Assembly: GCA_013265495.1 (NCBI GenBank)
Contig: MU058781.1
Location: 10,335,009-10,399,008 of the forward strand
DNA from: Vicugna vicugna
Lineage: Eukaryota
Direction: 5' to 3'
Length of the DNA stretch: 64,000 nt
Part shown: positions 11,643-23,839 of the stretch, in pieces
Layout of the letters: the number at the start of each line of letters is the position of its first letter
How positions within the stretch are numbered: the first letter of the stretch is position 1
Translations under genes and position numbers: made by a program
The notes under the pieces: model-generated
Database searches by the model: none
Told to the model about the DNA's origin: nothing
What the model saw: the letters and a program-made list of their open reading frames with translations, nothing else

Positions 11643-13589
11643 AGACCAAAGTCTGTAACAAAGGCAAGAATTATTTGATATCACTCTCTAAAGCCTTTCA
11701 TTCAAAATCCCCAAAGCTCTGAGGCTTAAAAAACAATGTCTATTTAATATATATATATATATTTTTATATCACCTTGATTCCAACTTTGTGCCTGAGGTT
11801 CTTGGGTGGAAAAAGTGAAGCGTAGTCAAATTAGTTTTCCTACTCCCAGGACTGCACGATGCCATGCTTGGGGATGGGGAACATCTGATTCTTGCTTATT
11901 ATCATTGCAGACTGACATCTCTTGAGCCGTATTTCATGTGCCCTGCTCTGTAGACTCAGACCCATTCAGGGAGCTGTGGGAATGTCCCACACTTCTGACT
12001 ACAGGAAACTTCTAGGTTCAGCCCTCCACCACCTGCCACCATCCACTATCCACCACTGGAAATGTTTAGCCGCTTTCATCTACTGGACCAGGGTGTGGAA
12101 AACTCTGTGAACTCTCTGCGGCAATGAAAACCCCTTTAATACTTCTTTGCTCTTCTAGTGTGCACAGGACTTTTTTTTTTCCGATAAGATGAAGATCTAA
12201 CCAGTTTCCAGAACATTCTCTGTGGCTGAAGGATACACTTCTGTGCTCTTAGATTTCTAAACCAAATTCAAGAATTCCAACATTTTTCCTACCCCAAACG
12301 AGCTTGGGGGAAAAGGGTATGGTGCAAGGACCTTCTCACAAAGTTTTCGCTATTTCTCTTTTTACTCCCATTAAAAAAAAAATCATTTTCTTCCTTTGTG
12401 GCAAATTTTATCTAGACTCTAGGGGTTAAAAACATTGCTCTGGTTTTGTATTCTTGTATTCTTTCAAATCTAGTTTCTTTTTGGGTCTTGGCTTTTTATT
12501 TGTCAAAAGCTGAGATTTTTCTTCTGTTCACTGCAGTCTTCAGCAAACAATTCTGGCAGAATGCCTTAATCTAATTTGTTTGAGGCTATGGTAGGGATGA
12601 GGGGTCAGAATACAGGTACAGAAATAGTAGGGAAATTATGTTGGCTAATAAATCAAAATATCTTCTCACCACACTTATTTGCAATCTCATCTAAACATAT
12701 TTTTAGGTTTAATCACAGAAAAGTACAAAGGATGGTAGAGTTGGCCAGATGAGGGTCAATGAGTATGTGGACCAAATTAATGAATTTGGATTTCTAAATG
12801 TGCTTTGAATTTAAGCTTTTGTTTAGTTTCCATAAACCAATTATATTCAATTTCACAGAGGCATAAACTACATGGAACATTGAACAGACTAGATAATGAG
12901 TACAAGAAAAAGTGCAGATCTCTTTTGTTTTGGAAATTTCAAGGTCTGAAAGTATATAAATGACACTTGAAGACGAGCCATGACTCTTAATCATGAGCAT
13001 TTGTCTTAGTTTGTGGTGTCCTAATTCATTTTGGTCCTAGGCATAATAATTTCTTTTTATTTTCTTTAGAAACATTTCCCTCTTTGTACAAGTATTTTTT
13101 TTTTTTTGGAAGCTGATGATTAGGGTCATTAATTGCCTTTACACTGGCTTTTATTTAAATCTAAGTCCCCTCGGCCTTGGAAGCCTAGAGGTCCAGTTTC
13201 TCCATGATGAATCTCTCAAGGGTGAGTATACAGCTTGGCAATGTGTTCAGTATAACAGAAGGCACAGTGGCCTGGTGTGAGAGGGAAAACAAAAGTTGAG
13301 ATCTGGGGCTGAGTTTACCCAAAGCTCAGAAGGTAAGAAATAGAAGCAATTTTATCAAGAAAATAAGCCTCCCATTCCATGGCCTATTTTTGGCACAAGT
13401 ATGAGAGGGAAATTCCACAACTTACTATGTAATTTCAATTTTTGCTCCTTAAACTTTGGGTAGCTGTGTATCTGTGAGTTTGCTATTATGTGTTGATTAA
13501 AATAAATACATGTACTATGTCATCCTTAGAGGTAAGAAGGAGGGGGAAAGGAAATTAAGATGTGTTGAGTACTAACTATATGAAACACA

Positions 13590-13800
13590 TTTACATTCAT
13601 CCTTTCAGTATGTATTTATGGACTTCAATATGCACCACAGTTTTTTGAGGGCATGTAGTATAATATGTTGTGCCAAAATAGATATAGTGTTTGCCTTCAC
13701 TGAAATTACAGTCTAGTGCTAGAAAGGTCAATTAAATCATTTTACAAATTAAAGTAAAATTATAATTGTGCAAAGTGTAATAAAGGAATAGACTCGGGTC
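13590..13800 (-). mobile_element. L2 3' fragment
   Basis: CATTCATCC...TATTTATGGAC...TGCCTTCACTGAAATTACAGTCTAGTG antisense L2 tail. Confidence 0.65.
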
Positions 13801-14094
13801 TATTTGTCCTATAAGAAGAACTTACAGGAATGGAACTGATTGAAAATGTTGCCAAAATCTATAGGTAAACTCCATCTAAGTCTAAATACAGGTGTGCAAC
13901 TGATGGGAAATAATAATAATCCTAACACAATAATGTGGGTTACTTTCAACAGCCATATTGGTATTAAAATATCAAAATAGTTAAGGGTTGACAAATAATT
14001 GATTCTCCAAATCTCTCAGTGCCTACCTTCCCTGACTATTATACTCTCCCCCCAGGAATATCCTGGATTATCCAAACCCCGACCAAAACACAAT

Positions 14095-14219
14095 TAAAAA
14101 ATTAATGGGTTGACATCTTATAGATCAGTGTCCCTAAAATGCTTCTCTGGTAGCTGGCATGTATTTTGACTGATTAATTCCCATGTCTTACTTATTAAAT
14201 ATTTTTAATGTTACCCCCA
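14095..14219 (-). mobile_element. MER53-like hAT DNA transposon fragment
   Basis: TCTTATAGATCAGTGTCCCT...GCTGG...CCCATG...TTATTAAATATTTTTAATGTTACCCC matches the reverse of the MER53 5' end (CAGGGGTGATATTCAAAATATTTAA). Confidence 0.7.
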
Positions 14220-14534
14220 AGCCCCACTGAAAATTTATAAAATAATTTTTGAACGTTTATTACAAGTTCTAAACAAAAAGCTACAGCTTCTAAGCTATAA
14301 GTAGAAGTTAACTTGGGAAATGTGTGTGGTAAAAGGAGTACACAGAACAGATGTGCACAGATCCTGTGCTGTCAAGGATGATTGCTTACACGTAGAATAG
14401 AAAAGTTAGTGTGTCTCAAGCAGAGAAGAATATGCAAAACAGTGAGTTAGATAATATAAAGCCTTAGAAGTCATGCCAAACTTTTGTCCCTTCAGAGAAG
14501 GAAATGGCCACTAAGGCATTTATGTAATAGGCAG

Positions 14535-15070
14535 TGTGATGGCAAATTTTATGTGTCAACTTGACAGTATCATCGATATCACTGGGTGTTCAGATAACTG
14601 GTCAAACATATCTCTGGGTGTGTCTGTGAGGGTGTTTTGGATGAAATCAACATTTGCATCCATAGACCGAGTAAAACAGACTGCCCTCCTCAATACTGAG
14701 TGGGCCTCATTCCATCACTTGGAGGCTTGAATAGGACGTAAAAAGAAGACCTTCCCCTGAGTAAGAGGGAACTCCTTCTGCCTGGCTGCTTCAAGCTGAG
14801 ATATTGATCTTTTCCTGACTTCAGACTTTAAGGAGACATTGGCCCTTCTTGACTCAGTCTGCTCACTGAACTTGAACTTCTATCATCAGTTCTTCTAGTT
14901 CCCAGGCCTTTGGACTCAGATGGGACCCAGCTCTCCTGGGACATTAACTTACTGGCTGCAGCTCTTAGGACTTCTCAGGTTCCATAACTGCATGAAGCAA
15001 TTCTTGTAATAAATTTTTATACATCTCCATACCTTGTTGGTCTGTGTCTCTGGAAAACCAGGCAAATACA
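14535..15070 (+). mobile_element. ERVL solo LTR (MLT2D-like)
   Basis: Starts TGTGATGGCAAATTTTATGTGTCAACTTGAC; contains CTGGGTGTGTCTGTGAGGGTGTTT and GGCCTTTGGACTCAGA; ends TCTCTGGAAAACC...AATACA. Confidence 0.9.
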
Positions 15071-15203
15071 GATAAAATAATCAAATCTGGCTTTGAGAAT
15101 CAGCTCTAGCTAAGGCAGTGATTAAGTAGAGGGGACAGGAGTGAAACTACAAAATCTGTTAGGAGGATAATGACTTAAGGATAAAGATAACTTAAGTCTT
15201 TAG

Positions 15204-15960
15204 CAGCAATCCTCAATGGAAGTGCTATGCACTTTTAGGGACAATTGAAAAGTAATAAAAATGTTTATATTCTGCTTTTATTTTTGCAGAGTGCTGGCTA
15301 CTGGCACTTATAAGTGGGGTCCAGGTCTACTAGGCATATTTTGCAATGAGCAGGATTTTTTAACTTAAAGGGACAATTGTCTGTGTCTCATGAAAGTTTA
15401 GAATGGCCCACTAAAAAGTGTAGACTCATATAAATGAAAAACCTGCCTATAATGTAATTACATTTTATATATAAACACATGGTATTTTTGCATGATTTAA
15501 GGGTACACTGCATCTTCCAGGAATGCATCTACTATGTAAATGGAGACATCATTGTACTTTAGTTTGTTTGGAAAGTCACTAAGTTTTTGCCATTTCGTAA
15601 AATCCTATCACTGACAGTAATGCTGCTCCTGGTCTCTGAGTTCAATACTATGGTCTTGCCCCTGTCTGTCTTTGTAGGTTTCGAATCCAGAATGAATCTT
15701 TATGTAGGTGCAAAAGTCTGACAACATTTTTAGGTTTTCTAGTCTAGCCATGTCTGATTGTCACACGTTGGAATTATTTTAATATAATTTCCTCTAGTTA
15801 AACTTCATATTTCAGTTAAAAATATTTTGATTTTTGTTTTAAAATTTTATGTATAAGTTTTGTTATATTATATATGAATTCATTTCAATATATTAAACAA
15901 ATATTTTAAAATATTTTCTCTAAACAGGAGGCACTGATCTGAGATAGCTGGGAATCACTG
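15204..15960. mobile_element. MER20B-like hAT-Charlie DNA transposon
   Basis: Termini CAGCAATCCTCAA ... GGGAATCACTG; MER20-like interior (GCTACTGGCAC, TTGCAATG); length about 760 bp. Confidence 0.7.
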
Positions 15961-16394
15961 AACTTGGATTCATGTTTCTACTAGTAGAGATGGAAAAAGT
16001 GGAGAGAGTCCAGAAATATTTAAGAGGTGAAATTAACAAAAAGTGATGAGTGATTGAATATGAGGGTGGGATAGGCTGAGAGAGAAGGAAGAGTTAACAA
16101 TGAGCCATGTATTACGGCTTGCACAAATAAATGTATGGAGGTGCATTTACCATGTTGATGAAACCTGAAAGATGGCAGAGCTTGGGGAGGTCAACATGAA
16201 GTCAGTTTTGGTGCACATGTCTATGAGATTAGATAGAAAAATGGGACTAAGCATCAGAGAAAAGGTCTGGGCTAGCAAAGTAAATTTGGAGTCACATAAG
16301 ACCAAAGTGAGGCCTGAGATGAGATTCCACTTCCTATCTACACCTGAGCCTTGGAGAATTCCAACACTTATAGACATTTAACAGTAAATTCTTA

Positions 16395-16520
16395 CCATGA
16401 GGTGTTAAGAGAAGCATTACTTACTACTCCTGTTTTGTGGCTGAGAAAATGAGTACTAACAGAGATTAACTAACGTCACCAAGGGAGGAAGTAGCAGATT
16501 TGGGGGTTGGGGATTGAAAA
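16395..16520 (-). mobile_element. MIR fragment
   Basis: TTACTACTCCTGTTTTGTGGCTGAGAAAATGAG...GAGATTAACTAAC..CCAAGG..AAGTAGCAGA. Confidence 0.6.
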
Positions 16521-16627
16521 AACAAGGTATAGATTCCTTTTCTATGTCTTCTGAGTATATCAGGGAAGAAATAAAATCTTTCAGGGAATTTACATTGGGG
16601 GAAATTATAACAAAGTGTAAATATTAT

Positions 16628-17072
16628 AGTTGCGAGATAATTCTTCATGGATCTTTTGTTTCTATACATTTTGCTAGTGAGGCTTTGATTGTCCTTTTTC
16701 TGGACATCATTAGTAAGTATACATACTGTGAACAATTTGGAAGATAGAGATAGTATCTCCTTCTGGAATAAAGATTAAGTAGGCTTACTGTACATTATAA
16801 AAGAATTTGGATTCCCTAAGCTCTCAGTTCATCTCCTACAACACAACTCGTGGGTGTGCAGGCCTCCATCTGGGCCCATCCATATCGCCCCCATGGGACT
16901 GGAGGCAGGCAGAAACTGATGCAAATATGCTGCTGTTCATGTGGCTTGTACATTATAAGTAACAATCCTTTCTCTGCGACTCAGTCTAATGTCTTCTGCC
17001 AGCAACCATGCAATGACAGGAGGCTGACCTTGTTAGCCTGCAAATAGCATAAAAGCTTGAAAATTCTTGAGG
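16628..17072 (+). mobile_element. ERVL solo LTR (LTR40-like) with 5-bp TSD ATTAT
   Basis: TGGAAGATAGAGATAGTATCTCC, GGATTCCCTAAGCTC, TGTCTTCTGCCAGCAACCATG, CTTGTTAGCCTGCAA; ATTAT at 16623-16627 and 17073-17077. Confidence 0.85.
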
Positions 17073-17077
17073 ATTAT

Positions 17078-17555
17078 ATGGTATGCTAAGTACTTACAGA
17101 CCATGCTAGAAGAGGATAAGGCTATAGGGAAAAAGAAGAAAGGGAACTGTATGAGGGGGAACAGGTATTCTGACTGAAGATTCTAATTTTAAACAGGGTG
17201 GTGAAGTACCTCATGTTAAGAGGTGAGCAAGGACTTGTTTTGAAAATACAGAGCAGAATTATATCCCGAACTGAGAAAAAAAAAAAAGTCAGTGTAAGTG
17301 CTCTAAGGCCAGAGAGTAGTCGGTAAGGAGGAGGCGGGTGGGAATCAGGGTGGCAAGGTCAGAGAAATAGTCGGATCCACCTCAGAAAGTCTGTAGGGCA
17401 TTTGAAGACTTTAGTTTTACTTCTGAGTGCAATGGAGAGTCACTGTTGAGTAGGATAGTAAGATGATTTGACTTACATGTTTAAAGACTCACGTTCACTG
17501 CTCTGCTGAGACTACATTATAAGAAGCAATGGTAAAAGCAGAGTCAATCTAGGTG
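17078..17555 (-). mobile_element. L2 fragment (continues about 16530-16627 across the LTR40)
   Basis: TTTTAAACAGGGTGGT, TTTAGTTTTACTTCTGAGTGCAATGGAGAGTCACTG, ATGATTTGACTTACATGTTTAAAG. Confidence 0.75.
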
Positions 17556-19924
17556 ATATTTGTACTTTACTATATTGTTTACCTAGATATACTTAGATTA
17601 TCATAAGGTAATCCCATTTTAAAAAGATATATTACTGGAGTATTTGCTCCCTACTGCTCAACTTAGAGTATATTTAAAATCCTCTCTTCATAAACTATGC
17701 AAAATTCACTCTCATGAGTATCCAAGAGCAATGACCATTTTTTTCTGAATTCTTAGATTAAGTCAGGACATTCAGGAGAATAATAAGACCACAGGCAACA
17801 GAGAACAACAGCTTTGATGATGATGATGATAGATGCTCAAAAAATAAATAAGCAGCATTTACCAACCAAGTTAGTGTTAACTATACCACGTATCAGGCCT
17901 TTATTAAAATGCTAATTACTTTGGGATGCTAATTGACCATATTAACTCAGCAGGTGCAATAGATGACTGTGAATGAGGGAGTCACTTTAATACAATTTAC
18001 TCTCATTTTTTTGCCTATTCAGACACAATATGATCGGAATTCTATTTGTGCATGTTGGCACCTGCAACATTATCTTTTCTAAACACCACAAAATAGATTT
18101 TCAACACTACTCCAACAAGCAAACTTCATTATGGTGTCTCTGAGGAGTCTGAAGAAGAAATGACTTTTGTCACAGCATCAGCACTCTAATAACCTCTAAA
18201 TAAGTGGTTCCTTGACTAATTTGAACCAGAATTTCATCGTATTCTTACAGCAGATTTAGACAGAATGGTTACTGCTATTAAATCAGTACATGTTCTAAAA
18301 GCAAGTCTGACTTTACCACACAGAGCAGGTGGCCACCCCCACACACGCAAAACATTACTGGGAACAAAATGCAAAATGACCAGTGTGTGAGTCAAAGAAT
18401 GGGATTTGGAAAGAGTCAGCAATTTCCAGTTTGCCTGGGGTAAGCAAAAATTCCACAGTCAACTGCTGACTAAATGGATTAACAAATTCAAACACTTTCA
18501 GGTTAGGGAGAGAGAAGAATTTGCAAATGAACTGACAATGGATTTAAAAGGTTTTAGCCTGAGGTAGTTTACAATTTTGAACGGCACCTGCCTAGAAAAT
18601 GGGGGCAATCTTGAGGTGAACACTAGTATTGAATCAGCTTTGCCATGACTTACAGACCCCTTGGTTCACTGACTCTCCAAATTACTGTGGTTTATTTCAG
18701 CGTATTTCTAATTGGGTCACCAAAATAGGCATACTTCCTCTGAGAAAGCAATACCTACACATAGCAGGCTCGCACAAATTAAAGATTCTACTTTCTGACT
18801 TCTGTTATTCAAAATATTGAAATATGCCATACTCACGACACAATGGAAAGATGCAGACTGCAAGGTGAAGCACAAATACGGCTGAAGACGTCTTTATGCA
18901 CTGCACATAAATATACGCATTCAAATATTAATAAGGCTAACTGGATCTTCTATATTATGTCTCAGAAGCTTTTGCAAGGTATATTACTAGCCATAAACTA
19001 TCCATTGAACACTTTTGCCCCGATACTATATTACAGGCAAGTGATTTTGTGACTATATTACCCAGGTGATTTCATGAAGGAGGACTCCAGGACAACTTTT
19101 CTTGATTAAGCTTGTGTCACTCCCCAGAAGAACATGATTTGTGAATTCCACCTCTGAAGCCAGGCTCTCATGTGCCAAGACACACATGGCCAGAGCTCCA
19201 AGCCATGTAACTAGTGAAAACAGGCCCCTACACACAACACCCATATGAACTCCTACTATGATATACATCCCTTTTACAATGAAAAGAGTTACATCTTTTA
19301 ACGTCCAGCAGAGGAAGTGCTTTTTGGCCAACCAAGAACAGGATGACATGGGTTCGAGTGGGGCATGGGCAGGCTGGCATAATTTGCAGAGGAGATGAGC
19401 CTTGCAAGGGGAGGAGAGGGCATCAGGGACCTTGCTCCAGCAGAAGAGCCCTCGCTGGTCACCTCTCTGTCACTTACAAAGGTAACAGGATCAGAAGTGG
19501 TTTCGGATCAGAAGAAGGCTACTTCTTCCATTGTATCAGGGCTCACAGTCAGTCAAAGGATTTCATTTCTAAGGGTCTTAATTCCTCAGAGAATTTGGAA
19601 GCAAGCATTAGCTGAGGATGAAGCAGGCAATTGGAAAGTCATAGATTTAAGAATTGAGGGTTCAGCACCACCAAAGCAGAACAAGACAGTAACCTTAAGA
19701 GGAAATACTGTAAAACTGTGGGACAGGATTAACACTCTCTTGAGTTTCTTTTGTGTTTTGCAAATGAGTTGGAAGCACAATTGCAAGAGAAGAGAGCTTC
19801 AGAAATATTTTGAGCACAATATCCATATTTGAAAGCAGTGTATAGTCTTTCAAGGTAATTATCTTATAATTATCTTATTTATATGTATGAGCATTGACTC
19901 TCTTAATTAAAAAAACTAGATTAT

Positions 19925-20140
19925 TCACAGACTCTGATAGTTACATGAATCCATATATACAATAAAATGACACAGAACAGAACTATCACACACATTGTAC
20001 CAATCGTATCAAATTCCTGGCTTTACACCGTTACCATACTTCGTAGGATATCAACTACTGAGTGAAATGGGTAAGGTCTACTGGTACTACCACTGCAACT
20101 TCCTGTGAATCTGTAATTATTACCAAATAATAAGAAAAAT
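19925..20140 (+). mobile_element. L1MC/MD-class 3' end
   Basis: TGTACCAAT...AAATTCCTGG...TGCAACTTCCTGTGAATCTGTAATTATTACCAAATAATAAGAAAAA. Confidence 0.75.
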
Positions 20141-21409
20141 GAAACAAAACAGAAAGACACTCCTCTTCACAGAGCTGATCATATTTGAGGTAAAACTATA
20201 AATAAGCATCTGTTTCCAAGCTTTCCGTCAGCCACTATAAAAACAACTACTTCAATGATACTGAAAATGAGAACTCTAAGTTCCATGTTAAAAATACGGT
20301 ACCAGGCTTCTTGTCGATAGCCATCTGCAGCTGCTCCAGAGGGTAGTACACCGCCCCACTTTCATTAAAAGAAGTTTGCTTTGTTCATCACAAATCACGT
20401 AACAAGGGCCTGCAACCACCTTTCATTGATTACAACAGTGTCAAGAATGTTATTTCACGTACACGAGGTACAAAAGAACATACAAATTGTTGCCTGAATA
20501 CCAGGAACAACTATCGATTAATAACTACAATTTGTATTTTCGAACGTGAGAAAAGCCCAGCAGGATATAACTAAACAACAAAGAAATCTCGACCCATCTT
20601 GCTACAGTCAGTTCCCCCCGGTTCTAAACAAATGAAGTCAAGAAAGCTGAGAGAGTCCTATCAGCAAGACTTCATCTCTGCATCATCAACTGTACACACG
20701 CAAGCCTAGTATAATAAATACACACTAATGAGCAGCTGATGTAGGATGATTTTAAAATTCAAATCTCCTAGAGTGTGACAGAAAAGGTTTTCTTTGTTTA
20801 TGTTGGATGGTTAACTAAACTTAGCTTTCATTATAATGACTGCTCCAGACTCGGCACCAGTACTGTTCTGTGTCTATGCCTTATACACATTTTAGACTAC
20901 GTGATGTTTTCGATGCATTCAAGTGTTCGCCAGGGCACAACATGGTTTCTAAAGAGGCTTCAAAAAGTCTATGGTTGAAGGGAATATTTAATCCTTTAAA
21001 AATGTAATTCTTTTAAATTCATTTCTTCTATTATTCTTAAAAACTTTAAAAAAAATATTATGGTCATTTGATGTCACAAGTACTTACCCCACAAGCTGGA
21101 TGCGCAGTCCCTGAGTCAGATGCTTAGTGCTTCCAGATGTGCTGAGCTGGCAGGGTTGTCAGGTGTCACTTTATCCTTGGTTGTCTGATTCTGAGAGAGA
21201 GAGGAAGGTACCATAAGTAACAGCTGGAATGTCAACATGTAATTGCTGATAAATTACTAAACAGGGTGTATATTTCTATGAAGTGACGTGAAAACTGGAG
21301 AGGTTCCAAAATGTAACATAAAAGGAAAAAAACCCGAAACTTAGCCTGAGTACAGAATAAAAGCATGAAACTATTTTACTGTTTTAAGCACTGTCTATGC
21401 ACTAACGAT

Positions 21410-22120
21410 CCCACTGGCTGGAACCTCTGCTCTGAGCTTCAGATTCAGTGCCTACTCAACACATCCTCCTTGACTCTCTTTCTAAAACACATCTCTTCTC
21501 TAAAAACATATTTCCCGATATTCTCCCCAAATTTTCCAGAACCTCACTCTTCCTGGTCTCAGTCAATAGGAAAATCAGTTGTTTAGGTAAAAACCTTGGG
21601 TCGGTCTTGTTTCTCTTCTTCCTCCCAGGTCACTGCAGTTCCATTAGGGTATATCCAAAACCCTACTATTTCTCACCATCTCCACTGACTCCACCTTAGT
21701 TCCAGGCAGCATTTTTTTCTCGCACAGATAATTGCAATAGCCTCTTAACTGTCACTCTGCTCAACTCTGCACTATTATAATTTCTTCTCAACAGGTCAGC
21801 CAGTACCAACCTTTTGTTTCTTCTCAAAACTTGTAACAGTTACTGTCTTCACTCTGAAGCCAAAGCCCTCACAAAGCCACAGCACCCTACAAAGTAGGAC
21901 GCTTCCATCCCCGCACTTCCCTTCACTGTGCTCCCTCCACTGCAGCCACACCAGACTCTTCCATACATCCCGGGCATTCTTTGTTCTAAGGTCTTTGCAG
22001 TGGCTGTTCCCTTTGCCTAAAGAGCTTTTCCCTTTGATACCCACATAAAACCATCCTCATATACTTTGTTTTTCCTCAAGTTTTGTTCAAGTAAGTTTTT
22101 CCAGACCATCTTATTAAAAG
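21410..22120 (+). mobile_element. L2 LINE fragment
   Basis: Pyrimidine-rich sense L2 motifs: ATTGCAATAGCCTCTTAACTG, CCCTCCACTGCAGCCACACCAG, GGTCTTTGCAGTGGCTGTTCCCTTTGCCT. Confidence 0.8.
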
Positions 22121-22269
22121 ACTGAAAATACCCATTATTGATGAGGAAGTAATTTGGGGGAGTTTAAAATGATTTCATTCAATCTACCAACAAAGTCTGA
22201 ACAGACCTATAACTAGCAGGGATACTGAATAACTAACCTAAAACCTAGCCTTTCCCTATTGTGTATTAA

Positions 22270-23805
22270 GCAAGACACAAACAAATGGGAAAATTCTGTG
22301 CTCATAAATTGGAAGTAATATCGTCACAATGTCTACACTACCCAAAGTGATCTACAGATTCAGTGTAATCCCTGTTGCCAACTAAAAATTGGCACTTGCC
22401 ATCTACCTCTGCTTGGATTAAATCACGAACTGCTGCAGCCACCGACCTCCAACACCCCCTGAAAGGAGCTCAGGGTGGAGACCACGAATGAGGCACTCTG
22501 TGCTCTAGGAAAAACTGGCAGAAAAGGCCTTCAGACAGTTAAATACCATTTTCAGGAGATTTTATGAGCCCAAATTCTTGTGTCTCCTAATATCTAGATA
22601 AGCACTAAAATAATAAACAATTACCTCTAGTCCTCATGACTGGCCGCAAGTCCCTGCCAAAATGTGTCCTTGATTGCATGTAAGCCCCTTCACTAACATA
22701 TAATACTGATGTTTGCCCCCCAAATGCCTCTTCAGAGCAGTTACTCGGAGCTATTGAAATGCTGCTTCCCAGGCTATGGTCCTCATTTTGCCCCAAATAA
22801 AAACTTAACTCACAACTCTTACATTGTATGATTTGATTTTGGTCAACACTTTCAAAATCCCAATGACACCTGCCAGGGAAATTGAAAAAAAAAATTCTAC
22901 AATTCATATGGAACCACAAAAGAGCCTGAATAGCCAAATCAATCTTGAGAAAGACTCACACTTTCTGATTTCAGACTATATTATAAAGCCTCAAAGAACA
23001 AAACAGTCTGATACTGACCTAAAGACAGATATATGGGCCAACGGAACACAGCTGATACTTGACAAGGGTGCCAAGAATACACACTGAGGAAAGGACAGTC
23101 TCTTCAACAAAGGGTGCTGGGAAAACATATCCATATGCTAAAGAACGGAACTGGACACTGCTTTTATTACACCACGTACAAAAATAAAGTCAAAGTGATT
23201 GAAGACTTAAACATGAGATCCCAAACTGTGAAACTTCTGGGGAAAAAACAGGGGAAAAGCTTCATGACAATGGTTTTGGCAATGATTTCATGTGTATGAC
23301 ACCAAAGTACAGGTAACAAAAGCACAAACAATTGGGATTATGTCAAACTAAAATCTTCTGCCTAGCAAACAGAGTGAAAAGACAGCCTATAGGATGGGAG
23401 AAAATATTTGCAAACCATATCTCCAAAAATGGGTTAAACTGAACAAAGTTTAAAGAACTTCTACACCTCAACAGTAAACTAATAACATAATTTTAAAATG
23501 GGCTAAGGACTTGAATAATGTTGGTGAGGATGTGGGGAAACTGTACCCTTACACACTTAGTGAGAATGCAAAATGATGCTGCTGCTATGGAAAACAGTAC
23601 GCAAGCTCCTTCATACATTTAAAATAGAACTACCATATAATCCACGAGTCCTACTTCTAAAGAACTGAAATCCAGATCTTGAAGAGACATTAGCCCTCCT
23701 ATGTCCACTGTAGCATTACTCACAATAGCCAACATGTGGAAACAACCAAAATGTCCATCAACAGAAGAATGCATGAAGAAAATGTGATTGATAGAAACAA
23801 TAAAC
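22270..23805 (+). mobile_element. L1 ORF2/3' region with internal deletions, split by an LTR at 22373-22848
   Basis: CTACCCAAAGTGATCTACAGATTCAGTGTAATCCC continues as TTCAAAATCCCAATG after the LTR; GACAAGGGTGCCAAGAATACAC, GGGAGAAAATATTTGCAAACCAT, GGAAACAACCAAAATGTCCATCAAC. Confidence 0.9.
22373..22848 (+). mobile_element. Solo LTR, ERV1-like, probably artiodactyl- or camelid-lineage
   Basis: TGTTG...CAACA inverted termini; TATA-like ACATATAA near 22696; AATAAA at about 22796 after GGTCCTCATTTTGCCCC; interrupts collinear L1 sequence. Confidence 0.85.
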
Positions 23806-23839
23806 AATAAAATTTGAACAAGTTCTATTTTTATTGGAA

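Larger units (their letters stand above)
14290..16385 (-). mobile_element. L2 LINE, interrupted by an MLT2 LTR and MER20B (L2 pieces about 14290-14534, 15071-15203, 15961-16385)
   Basis: Purine-rich antisense L2 motifs: AAATGGCCACTAAGGCATTT, GAGATGGAAAAAGTGG..AAATATTTAAGAGGTGAAAT, TTTTGGTGCACATGTCTATGAGAT, GAGCCTTGGAGAATTCCAACA. Confidence 0.7.

Noticed and set aside
19395..19832. 145-aa ATG-initiated ORF
   Set aside because: No recognisable domain, promoter context or poly(A)/TSD retrocopy signature; such a length can arise by chance in 64 kb. A tBLASTn search would settle it
20333..20346. Possible CTCF site GCTCCAGAGGGTAG
   Set aside because: Mismatches at informative core positions; much weaker than 6938-6951
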